The notes beneath the pieces were generated by a model. That model was not told the origin of the DNA. It saw only the letters and a list, made by a program, of their open reading frames with translations, and made no database searches. The translations under genes were made by a program, and so were the position numbers. 64,000 nucleotides of DNA from assembly GCA_008632985.1 (NCBI GenBank), contig QPGO01000143.1, forward strand, positions 62,001-126,000, read 5' to 3'. This DNA is from Psammoneis japonica (lineage: Eukaryota). Below, piece after piece: positions 37,379 through 48,412 of the stretch; the first letter of the stretch is position 1, and the number at the start of each line of letters is the position of its first letter.

Positions 37379-38271
37379 TCAGTCGGGCCTTCATCTAGAA
37401 ACAGGCTGTCACAAAACAGACAGCAAAGTCAACACCAATCGCAACTGTTAACATTTGGCCGGCACATACAAGGCCCCGCAAAAAATGGGAAGACATGCTG
37501 CATGACCGCACGATGCACAGACTCACGGTCTCGTCACGGTCCGTCGGTGCGTGCGGGTGGTGATTGCGATTGGCTCCACTCCCCGCGCACATTCTGGAGC
37601 CTGGCTTCTCTCACCACATGTCCATGTTTGATCGTCCCTTGCAAGAAACTAGCATGAATCCACCACACGGTGAAAAGCAAGGATGACCATTTTCTTGGCG
37701 TCAGAAGGCCCGGACCTTGACCATGCTGGGGGCGGCCGAAGAAGAGCACACATTGTCTGGCGCTCTTGCTCTGGTTTTGTCACATGGCAGCAAACCACAG
37801 ACAGAGCATACATCTTCTGCAAGTTGTTCAGTGCTGCCGCGGTGCAGAGTAGTCTTAGCCACTTCAAGAGAGGGAGGAAAGAGGAAAGCAGATCAAATCT
37901 GGAAATCCAAAGAATGATCCAAGACTGAAACCAATCCTGGTGCGACATATTCGCGACAAGCAGCACACACACACGTCATTCTTGGGGCTTTAATGTTTGG
38001 CTTTATAAATGTATTCAGAGCCTTAGCATATGAATGAAAGGTCACGCGTCAGCGACGAGTCATTTAAAATAGCTGGCATTGGCATAAAAACTCGATAACG
38101 GTGCGACGCAGGCTCACAACGTTGAAAATATTTGACTATGAGCAATATATTCGTTTCTTCTTTAAACACGAGGGTCATTAAAATGGTCATTTTTAACTAT
38201 GCATTTCCAGCTATTATGCCTCCACCTTCACGGGTCACAAATTGTAACAATTTTGGATGACTGAAGGCATA

Positions 38272-38590
38272 CTACGAATTGCTGAACAATTGCGCGATAC
38301 ACGTGCCCGAGCGGTGATTGTTGCTTCGGGCACGAAATTCGAGCTTCGCGCACGTAGAGACCGTAGAATATGTACCAGCATTCGAGAATGTCCGATTTGT
38401 GTAGAACACGTAGCACCGTACCACAGAGGTCATTTCATGAAATTCCCGTGACGACTCATACGACTCCAATGGTATTTTCAATACCATATGCTATGTAGAA
38501 TGGACATCTGCGCGAACGGTGATTGTTGCTTCGGGCAACGATATTCGAGCTTCGGGCACGTGTATCGCGCAATTGTTCAGCAATTCGTAG
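38272..38590. mobile_element. Intact 319-bp MITE (Tc1/mariner-like), 39-bp perfect TIRs, TA target duplication
   Basis: CTACGAATTGCTGAACAATTGCGCGATACACGTGCCCGA at 38272-38310 and its exact reverse complement at 38552-38590; TA on both flanks. Confidence 0.9.
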
Positions 38591-38714
38591 TAGATGATGG
38601 TCAATGCTCCTCGTTTTGTTGCAACAGTATCGTGGTTGAAAAAGTCGTTTTGCTCTGGCTGCGAAGGAAGGAAAGCACTCTTAAGCCTCATCAGGAAAAC
38701 TCTGATCAACGAAT

Positions 38715-39649
38715 ATGTTGTTTCCTACGTCAACTCAACTTCACACCGAATCATCCGATGGCATCGAGCCACAGCTCTCGTTTTCCTCTGCTAGCGACAA
38801 CAACTTTGACGGTATTTTCAACAATACTACCATGTGTGCTCAAACGAAGGCAATGCCAAGCAATGATCACATCAATACAGACGTCTTTCGACACGAGCGT
38901 CATCCGCAGGTGACGGCTACTACTAGCAACGAGAGCATCAATTGGCAGACGAGTTCAGACATCCCAGACCGCTTACGCCTCTTGGCAAATGTCCGTACCA
39001 TTGTTGTTCAGAAGCTGCTCCAAAGTCCGAACGCCATTAATATGGTTGCTAAACTTCCAACCATGTCACGTAAAATGGAAGAAATCCTGTATCGTGCAGC
39101 TCATTCAAAAGAAGAGTATCTCGACTTGTCAACACTCGAACCGAGGCTAGCCATGATTGCCAGAGCATTGGAAGCGAGCGGTGCTCCCGGTGTCGTTCCT
39201 GCTAGTGCTCGGCACCAACAGCACGCTCCAGGTGTCGTTCTGCTAGTGCTCGGCATCAACAGCAACACCAAAAAAGTGGTCCTCGCTTAGACTTTCCTAA
39301 ACCGGTTGCTGCAGCAAGTGCGGCGGCTGTTGCGACAAACCATGGCGACGCCTCTAGCCCTACATTGACAGTACCATGGCAGTCTCCGGCAGATCAGCAA
39401 GATCGATTGAGCATGATGACATATATTCGTCAAATCGTCAAGAAACAGATTGTAGAGAAGAACGAATACCCCGAGCAAATACTCAAGAAGCTTCCACAAG
39501 TATCGAAAATGATGGAAATTGCATTGTACAAGTCTGCACCCACAAAAAGCGATTACTTGGATCTTTCAACTTTGAATAGCCGGCTCCAAGCGATTACAGA
39601 TGAGCTTCTGAGTGGTCGTCAACCAAGTCAGAAAGTCGCGGCAGTCTAG
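38715..39649 (+). CDS. Protein with two KIX/Med15-N-like helical domains; frameshift near 39240
   Basis: Two copies of WQS…KLP.(M/V)S..ME..LY..A..K..YLDLSTL..RL. The frameshift is a missing C in the second copy of an internal repeat (gtcgttcctgctagtgct vs gtcgttctgctagtgct); restoring it joins both ORFs. Confidence 0.7.
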
Positions 39650-39925
39650 CGACTGCCGGTTCGTATGTTGTGTATAGTGCTTTTGGAAGTGAGTTGTAAC
39701 TAGTTGGAAGTATGGTATATCCATTCCACCTACTCTACTAGAGTCATTCGTTATGCATGATTTCGACGATACCCGATATAGCTAGCTGTATTCTGTTTTT
39801 ATTTCTTTTATAAACAAAACACCAAAACCGGTGCCGCGTATGCATTAGCAATAATGATATCTAAGTGGTAGCGAAGGAGAGCGAGTAGCTCTTGAAAGGC
39901 TCTGTAGACCTGCTTCCAGAGCCAA

Positions 39926-40687
39926 TCAAGCCAACGATAATTCTTCCAATGGGAGTCGATTCTCAAAGCGCTCGCTCAGTGGTTTCTTTCGAGATGACCT
40001 CTTTGGCTTTTCTCTGGAATAAATTTCAAAGATTTGGTTTTTGAGGGGATTGGCGGAGCCAACCGACACGCAATCCCCATCGCTTTGATCCGAAAATGAA
40101 GAGCAAGACGAGGCTGATAGTTTTCGAGCGGTCCGTTTCACTAACTTTCTAGTGCACGAACACGAGGTCGCCCAAACCTGCAGAGCCACTTCACACTTTC
40201 TTGTTCGAACGTTCAAGTCCAGGTGATTCTTGCACCATCTCTTCATGGCTCGAGCCAAGTCATCGGCTTTGTACTTGTGCATTTTGACAAACTTCCGAAT
40301 GGTTGTAATGTTGTAGTGACGTAGGAACTCTACCTGCCATGGTCTGAGGATCTGTTCAAGCTCAACAGTCGATCCATCATCCTTGTTGTAAGTAGCAATG
40401 ATGCTACTGTTTTCATCATTGTCATTGTTTTCCGGTTGCTGCTTGGCAAGGAGCATTGCATGCTTTCCACACCGGCAAGGGAGAAACTGCGGAAAGATGA
40501 TTTCCACGTCGCATTGATCATTTGTCAAGAGAGGTTTTTGGCACGGGCAGGGTAGATTGCCTTCAAGCGCAGTAGCATCCTCGGATGGATCATCTTGAAA
40601 CTCGATATCCTCCGGTAAAAGCTTGTTTTCATTGTCTTCCCAGATCGAAGAAAAGGTTGGTTCATTGTGAATGGCTTGTTGCTTCAT
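39926..40687 (-). CDS. Hypothetical protein
   Basis: 253-codon ORF with natural composition (ILRPWQVEFLRHYNI…); no recognised domain. Confidence 0.6.
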   Translation of the reverse strand: MKQQAIHNEPTFSSIWEDNENKLLPEDIEFQDDPSEDATALEGNLPCPCQKPLLTNDQCDVEIIFPQFLPCRCGKHAMLLAKQQPENNDNDENSSIIATYNKDDGSTVELEQILRPWQVEFLRHYNITTIRKFVKMHKYKADDLARAMKRWCKNHLDLNVRTRKCEVALQVWATSCSCTRKLVKRTARKLSASSCSSFSDQSDGDCVSVGSANPLKNQIFEIYSREKPKRSSRKKPLSERFENRLPLEELSLA

Positions 40688-41262
40688 GGTGTTTTGAGAA
40701 GTTGTGAAAAAGTGGGAGACTTGTGATTTTTCTCGTTTTACAGGAAAATGCTCCGTAGAACAGAGAGCCAAAGTGTGTGAATGTGTGAGTGTCAGAAACA
40801 AGAAGTTCTGTTCATGTATGTGCTCCCATGAGTTGCTTTGTTCTGTTTTTTCATGCCGTTGCGGTATTGGTGTGGGGGACCAAAGCTCTGAAGCTTTTTT
40901 CTCAAGACCACTTTGTCGAAATTACATAAAGGAAGCTTTTGATGTGAATCTCGTAATTATAGAAACGACGATTGTGCTTGAAGATATGGTCATTATGTCG
41001 TTTCTTATCGCGATCGATTGTTGCGTTGATGGTTGGGATGATGTTCTTTGTTTAACAGTAGTCATTTCAGCGTCTGTCCAGAACTTGACATCTAAATATT
41101 TCAGTGTAATTGGAATGTCTATGTTGTGACCATATTTAGGGGGGAGGTCATCTGTTCGTCTGTCCAAAATCCATGATTGCCTAATTATTTCATTGTGATG
41201 GAAATGTCCCTTTTGTGACAGCTTTTTGCTCGAGCGAAGATAGAATGTGACTCCAGACTGGT

Positions 41263-41444
41263 TGAATGAGATAGGCACATGTACTCTATGGCCGAGTGTG
41301 CCCTCTCTGATGTGTGTACATTAACTAACGCATTAGACATTCAAGAAGCCGTTAGAAGTCAGTTCCGATCAGCGATTGCACTGATCGGGTCTCTTCTCGG
41401 TTCTCTCACAACTTTTGTCAAGTCATCTCAAGCTAGATCTTGCA
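41263..41444 (+). repeat. 5' LTR
   Basis: tgaatgag…tcttgca; 15 mismatches to the 3' LTR by manual alignment. Confidence 0.95.
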
Positions 41445-41890
41445 CTGCAATTGCAGTCGTTGTTGTGGCTTGTTCATTGCATTGTCAACTTTATGACAAC
41501 GCGAAGAGTGTCATCGAGAAGAGAGAAAATTTGTTTGCGAGCTCGAGCAGAAAATTTCATTCGAAGTAGATCAGAATCGCAGTGCAATTGCACTCGTGAA
41601 ATTGGCGATTCGGAGCAGCGGTTGTTTGAACTCGAAGCTCGTGTTGCCACCATTGAATTCGTCATTGTTTGATTGTTGATTGTTCTCGTTGTGTGGATCA
41701 ACTGGGAACGCCTTGTTTTGTTTGTCTTTTGTGGATTGTTGATTGTTTGATCGCTGAAATTGTTCATCGCCATGTGTCAAGAAGCCTTGGAGAAAGCCTG
41801 TGTTGAGCATGAGACCAAATTCGTGGACTCTGAATTGCAGGAGGTGAAGCTCACTCAAACCTTTTTGATTGTGGCACTAAACTTTCAAAA

Positions 41891-42952
41891 ATGTGTCCTG
41901 TTTTCACAGGAGAGCATGGAATTGAATCATTGTTGCATGTGGAGGACAGGTTCCGGAAGGTGGCAAGACAGCTGGATTGTGATGCCGGAACAGAGTTGTT
42001 TGATGCTTTCCAGGATTGTCTCCAAGGTGCTGTGGAGGTGAAATGGCAGAACATTGCTGCGGGTGTCCAACAGAATCAACGGACGGCAGCTTGATTTGAT
42101 CAGGCTGTCTTGGCCTGTCATCCACGCTGCGTGAAACTGACAGCTCGTGACACAATGAAGATGCATTTGCCTGCTTGCAAAAAGCCTTGCTCAGCAGAAT
42201 CTGAAACTCACATTGATCGCATGGAAACATTGTTCCATTGTGCTGGCCGTTTGCCTGGAGCCGTTCCTGAACTTACAGAGCAGGAGCAGAAAAATGTCAT
42301 CTTTTGTGCCTTCCCTTTGACCTGGCAGCAGTCCTGCATTCGTGCGGGCAAGAACCTTGTCACGGATTCTATGGCAGACATCCAAGCCTGCATGAGCAAC
42401 GAGAAGGTGTTCGCCAATGGTCAAGACAACAAGAAACGCAAGTCCAACAATGGCAATGGAGGGAACTCCAGCAACAAAAAGGGCAGCCGTGACAAGAAGG
42501 ACAACAAGGGCCAACCGAAAGCAAATGATCCATGTCCGGTCCCGTGGCACCATGGAAGGCACACATGGGGCCAGTGTTGTGACAACCCAAACAATCCTGA
42601 CTGTCGTGGGCCTCAGAACCGTGGCGGTCGAGGAGGAGGCCGTGGCGGTGGAGGTCGTGGCGGAGGTCGTTTCCAAGGAGGCCGTGGTCAAGGCCATGGA
42701 GGCGGTGGATGCTTTGGTGGTCATGGCAACCAGAACCAAGGAGGTCGTGGTGCCCATCATAACAACAACAATGGACATCAGAACAACAATGGCAACCAAG
42801 GTGGTGGTCAACATTGTTGTGGTGAAAACAACAACCATGGAGGCCAAGGACAGGCCAACGGATGTGCTGCTCAAGCAGACAATGTGAACAATGACAACCA
42901 GGCTCGAGAAGCTTCTCGTGGTGATGTGCACCATTTTGACATGATCGGATGA
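41891..42952 (+). pseudogene. Gypsy gag relic (start approximate)
   Basis: Zn-knuckle-like CPVPWHHGRHTWGQC and RGG/Asn/Gly-rich tail; in-frame stop at about 42092. Confidence 0.7.
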
Positions 42953-43274
42953 GGCCCTCCAAGATGCGGAGGTGTGGTGAGGTTTCAGCCAGATGGGCAG
43001 TTTCCTCGGCAGTTCTGAGAAGAAGGAGCTGAGTGCTCCAGAGCTGAATGCTCCCAATTGCCTGTGAAAGAAGCATTTGTTGATGAAAATGATTGTGTTT
43101 TGCCTGAATGAAATGATGAATGTTTTGCTTTTGATTGTTTTGAAAATCCTGACGAATTGTTGCCTGTTGAATTTGAAAATGCTGCAGAAAATTACATGAA
43201 TGAAGAGGGGGTGTGTTTGATCAAGACGCATTTGAACACAACATTCCTCTCCCCAAAATGAACTTGCAAGTCTC

Positions 43275-46200
43275 GTGCACCGCGTTGGTCCCATCTACAC
43301 TGCTTGTTGCAAAATCAATCCAACAGATGAGTCGAGTCGAGTGATGCGTGTTTTGTTAGATTTGGGTGGTTTTCACACTGTGATCTGTCTCAAGTTTCAC
43401 CTCGAGGAGCCGTGCCATCTGTTGATGAACATGGAGTCCGAGCTTTTCAAACCATGGCAGGTCCTTTCCAATCGGGTCATTGGGTGGCCTTAAACTGGGA
43501 GGATTGACGGCTGTGTGGCTCACGCATTCGATGCTCCGTGTGCGCATGACATCATTTTGGGTCAAGATTTCTTGGACAAGATTGGTCTCAACCTGAGCTA
43601 CGATGCAAGGATGCTGCGATGGCTGGACCGTGTGATCCCAATGAAGGAACCTCGTCATTGGTCCAAATCCTGCAATTGGCATGTGGCTTTAGACCGAATG
43701 GATGAATTTGATGAAGATTGCAAAGACGAGTCGGGCTGTGGGTGCGACGACGGATGTGACACCTGCACGCTCGACACCAAGCATGAAGCAACGAATCCAG
43801 TGGAAGTGGTTCGGAACTTGGACCATCTCACGGAAGAACAAAAGAAGAAGCTGTCAGCGGTGTTGGAAAAATGTTCAACTTTGTTTGACGGAACGTTGGG
43901 GCACTGTCCTCATGAAAAGGTGCACCTTGAAGTGGACGAAAATGCTGTTCCACATCACTCAAAACTGTTTCCTGTTGCTCGAGTTAATGAAGAAGCGCTC
44001 AAAAAGGAATTGAAGCATTCAGTGAATCTCGGCACACTTCGACCATGTGGACCTGCGGAATGGGCAGCCGGTGCCTTTGTTGCTCCAAAGAAGGACGGAC
44101 GAGTGCGATGGGCATCCGATTTTTGGGAGCTCAACAAGGTCCTCAAACAGAAAGTGTGTCCTTTGCCAGTTGTTCAAGATGTGCTGCAGTGGAGAGCGGG
44201 CTACAAATTCTTCACGAAACTGGATCTCACTGTGCTCTACTGCAATTTGGAGCTGGACGATGAAAGCAAGGAGCTCGCTGCGATTGCAACTCCGCACGGG
44301 AAATTCCAGCATTGTCGCATGGCCATGGGATTAAAGCCAGCTCCAGATGTTGCTCAGTCCATTGTTGAAAAGATTCCACATGGTTTGGATGTTGAAACTT
44401 ACATTGATGACATTGGCGCGTTTGACACTGACTTTGATTGCCATCTCTCTTGTCTTGACAAGGTGCTGCATCATCTCAAGGAGAATGGTTTGAAAGTCAA
44501 TCCATCAAAATGCGAGTGGTGTGTTCAAGAAACCAATTTTCCAGGGCATTGGCTTGCTCCAACTGGTGTTAAACCATGGAAAAAGAAGGTCGAGGCGATC
44601 CTGCGAATGCAACCTCCACGGAACACTACACAGCTCCGATCGTTTCTCCGTGCAGTGACCTGCTGTCGCAACATTGTGGCCTCGCCGTTCTCACCTGCTT
44701 GCACCTCTGACTGAATTGACAGGCAAGAGTCAGTTCCAATGGACAGAATCATGTCAGAAAGCATTCGAGGAGATGAAGGCAGTGATCACGGCAGAAGCGT
44801 TGATGGCCTGCCCTAACCACAACCCACCTTTCCATGTCTGCACCGATGCATCAGACTGCCAGATGGGTGCCGCTGTCATTCAAGATGGCAAACCTGTGGC
44901 GCACTGGTCTAAGAAGCTCTCGGCGGCTCAACGCAGCTGTTCAACAATGGAGAAGGAACTCCTGGCCGTCGTCATGTGCTTCAAGGAATTTCACTCAATG
45001 TTGCTCGGTGCTGAAATCACTGTTCACACTGATCACAAAAACCTCACCTTTCGCACTTTGAATGTGCAGCACGTCCTTTGTTGGTGACTGTTCCTCAAAG
45101 ATTTTGCACCTGCATTTGCGCATGTCGAAGGCAAGGACAACGTGCTTGCCGACTGTTTTTCTTGTCCACCACGCATGGATCTGCCTTCGGAGGGAAAGAG
45201 CCTTGGGCTGAGCAGCAAACGCAAAGGAAAAATTGTTCATTTTGAAAAGTTGGATTCCAGGGAACTGAGCAGGGCCGAGGAAGAGGAAGATTTGGAGTTG
45301 GGCGCTTGCAGGTTCAAATGTTGCCGTGCTCCTGTTGATCCTTCTGATGAGTCTCACACCGCCTTTTCCTCTCTGCTTGACGAGCCCAAATTGTTTGAGT
45401 GCTTTTTGAATTGCCCGACACTGGACGAAATGCAGAATCCCACTGAGACACCAAGGATGCAACAGTTCCAGTTCGAAGACCTCCAACTGAACCAGCAAAG
45501 ACAACAAAATCCGCAGCAGTTTGTGGTCAAGATTGTGAACCATCATCCCCTGATTTGTTGTCGTTTGCATCTGAATGATCCACCTGGAGCCTGGAAAATT
45601 TGCGTTCTTGCTGCGTTGTTGCCGGATGTCATTGCGTGGCATTGTTGTGCATTGGGCCATTGTGGAGTCGTGCGATTGCATGAAAGTGTTTGGACTCACA
45701 TGTGTCATCCTGCATTGCGTCGACGTTGTAATGAATTTGTTTGCGACACATGTCAACGATTTAAACAACTGGGTCCTGGACATGGAGAATTGCCTCAACG
45801 TCAAGCGCCATCAGCTCCATGGATGGAAGCAGCAGTTGATCTCATTGGACCGTGGAAAATGCCGATTCAAGATCAAGAGATTGAATTTAGCACTCTCACT
45901 TGCGTTGATGCTGTCACTGGATTGACTGAACTCGTGCGCACTGACAACAAAACTTCTCAGCATGTGACCAACAAGTTTCGCAATCTTTGGTCAGCTCGTT
46001 GTCCCAGACTGAATCGATGCATCCATGACAATGGTGGAGAATTCATTGGTTGGGAATTTCAAATGCCACTAAATCAAGCGGGCATTGCTGATGCACCGAC
46101 GACATCTCGAAATCCTGCAGCCAACTCCATTTGTGAGCGAATGCACCAGACGGTGGCCAACATCTTGTGCACTGTGGTTGTCGCCAACCCACCTTTGAAT

Positions 46201-46600
46201 GTTCAACAGGCTGAGTAGATTGTGGACGATGACCTTGCTGCAGCCTCTTGTGCTTTGCGATGCTCCCACTCAAGGTCTGTGGGTGTTTCAAGTGGAGCTC
46301 CAGTGTTTCAGCGTGATGTGATTTTGGACCTGCCTGTTGTTTCCGACCTTGCTGCAATGCAAGCCAACCGACAAGTGTTGATCGACGAGAACCTGCGACG
46401 ACAGAATGCGAAGCGCCATTCCTGTGATTATCTGGTTGGTCAAGATGCGTTGGTCAAGTCGGTGGATCCTTCAAAGTTGGAAGAACGAGCCCATGGTCCG
46501 TTTCGAATTGTGCAAGTCCACGCCAACGGGACTGTTTCAGTGCTGTGAGCACCGCACGTCATTGAGCGAATTAATGTTCGCCGCGTGGTGCCGCATCGGA
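43275..46600 (+). pseudogene. Gypsy pol relic (protease, RT, RNase H, integrase)
   Basis: VLLDLGG and DIILGQDFL (PR); KKDGRVR, TKLDL, TYIDD (RT); TDASD, EKELLA, TDHKNL (RNase H); H-H-C-C, VDLIGP, HDNGGEF, ERMH, GPF (IN). Carries stops and frameshifts. Confidence 0.9.
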
Positions 46601-46712
46601 GTTGAGGGTTTCTTCCCAACGTCTGGGTTCCCTTCTCCATGCGCATTGGGTTTGAATTTTAGTCAAGTGGTTCCAATGGTGCGCGTGTTCCTTGCGCCAT
46701 GGAAGGGAAGAG

Positions 46713-46894
46713 TGAATGAGACAGGCACATGCACTCTATGGCCGAGTGTGCCCTCTCTGATGTGTGCACACTAAATGATGAATTGGATGTTCAAGAAGCC
46801 GTCAGAAGTCAGTTCCGATCAGCGATTGTGCTGATCGGGTTTCTTCTCGGTTCTCTCACAACTTTTGTCAAGTCATCTCAAGCTAGATCTTGCA
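46713..46894 (+). repeat. 3' LTR
   Basis: Preceded by the PPT and followed by TSD CTGGT. Confidence 0.95.
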
Positions 46895-47426
46895 CTGGTG
46901 CTCCTAAAGTCACTGACAGCACTACATAGAGAATAGTCTCTAGAGCTACAGCAGCCAGACAAATCCACTGGTAGAACATTGGCTCCCTAGAGTAGAATTT
47001 GTAGTCTGGTCCTCTCTAGAATACAAGGCGCTATGTATGCTGCGGCTTTTTTGAACGCGCCGAAGTGAGCAGCAGAGGAATGACCAACCTGGCAACATGT
47101 ATCCATTGTATTCAATGGTACAGTGACTGGCTTCCGAGACTAGAGGGCTTACTACTACTTGTGCAACAAATGCTGTAAGCTAAAAACAAAGCATTGGACG
47201 CTACAAAATTTCAGGCGATAGCAGCTGATTCTTGCTAGAATGAAAGCTTCGCACCCGATCGAGCCAACTGTCCGTTCATGGCCTATCATCAAGGAAAATT
47301 CTACTAGATTTCAATCAAAAAATAATTTGACAAAACAAATTACAACAAACACAGCACTTGTCGAGACCAACGTTATAATAACTTGTGTTTTGTTTTCATA
47401 TTACAACAACAACAACTCCTCTCTCA

Positions 47427-47932
47427 TTATGCCCCCGCTTGACGAGCTCTCTGTTGGGCATAGACTTCCTTAATGTCTTCTCGTTTTTTCAAAGCACGCT
47501 TGTGCGAACCAAGACGACGCTTGGCAAACTTGTAAATACGCTTATCGGCCGAACTGCCTCCGGTGGAAATCATATCGAGAATACGGCGTTCGTACGGACT
47601 CAAACCAGCCACCTCACGGGCAATCTCGCGACACAATGCCGTGCGTTTGTTTTGTTTCTAAAAAAAAAAAAAGAAAGAAAAGAATGAGTAATCAATTTGA
47701 GAGAAGAAGTAACAATCATGCATTCGCCGTGCTTTTGCCGTGTTGAGAATTAGGTACTGAGTGCACCGCGAAACAAAGCACGCATCGACAACAACAAGGC
47801 CATGATGATGATTCGATTCCATTCATTTTCAACAACACTTACTCCCTTGCGAGCAGAAGGCTTGGCGGGACGTTCCCGTTCCTCCGTCACGTGGCCACTG
47901 TTGGCGCCCTTGGCGTATCCTGATCGTGCCAT
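47427..47932 (-). CDS. RPL36: 60S ribosomal protein L36 (eL36); intron 47842-47658
   Basis: GANSGHVT…PSARKG | KQNKRTALCREIAREVAGLSPYERRILDMI…KFAKRRLGSHKRALKKRE. Confidence 0.95.
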
Positions 47933-48412
47933 GGTGTGCGGTGCGGTCTTGTGTGTTGTTGTGTGAGAGAGATTGAAAGTGTACTGGGATTGTGCGTAGG
48001 AAACCTACGTTAGTACAAGTCACGTAGCATTCTACGTGAACTCAACTCACCGCTTACTAAAACTTCACACGCGAAAAAAGCACGCATCGACCGACCGCAC
48101 ACCGTTTCGGGAGGTAAGAGAAGCAACAGACCATGGCGTCTCTTTATGGTTGACTCGACACTTTTATCACATTATGACGACGGAATACCTTTGTATAAGA
48201 GTTGGAAAAGTGACTTTTGTTGTCGATATGGCGAGATTGACTCCGTTGCAACAAAGAAAATAATCGTCATGGTCGACGACACACTGTTGATACCGCGCTA
48301 CTGGCCTCATATCCCAATCGCCCCACTTTTTTCACTGCCGAAATCAACGTCATACTAACTTTATTACTATTCTCTCTCTTGTTACAGTCAATCCATACTG
48401 TTATTATTTACA

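Larger units (their letters stand above)
41263..46894 (+). mobile_element. Full-length Ty3/Gypsy LTR retrotransposon, inactivated by TA>TG/CA hypermutation
   Basis: 182-bp TG…CA LTRs, 5-bp TSD CTGGT (41258-62 and 46895-99), polypurine tract GGAAGGGAAGAG (46701-12), domain order gag-PR-RT-RNaseH-IN. Confidence 0.95.

Noticed and set aside
43515..46218. Alternative genetic code or recoding (Cys/His read as Tyr)
   Set aside because: Neighbouring genes use Tyr codons normally, non-coding LTR/UTR/MITE DNA shows the same change, and the element has stops and frameshifts.
2690..46894. Classical RIP or plain CpG deamination as the whole explanation
   Set aside because: RIP raises TpA and lowers CpA/TpG, the opposite of what is seen. 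CpG decay cannot remove TA, and the Gypsy element retains CpG.
41263..46894. ADAR-type editing of the retrotransposon RNA
   Set aside because: It would give one-strand A>G and identical LTRs. Here both A>G and T>C occur, the LTRs differ, and DNA elements and a gene copy are also affected.
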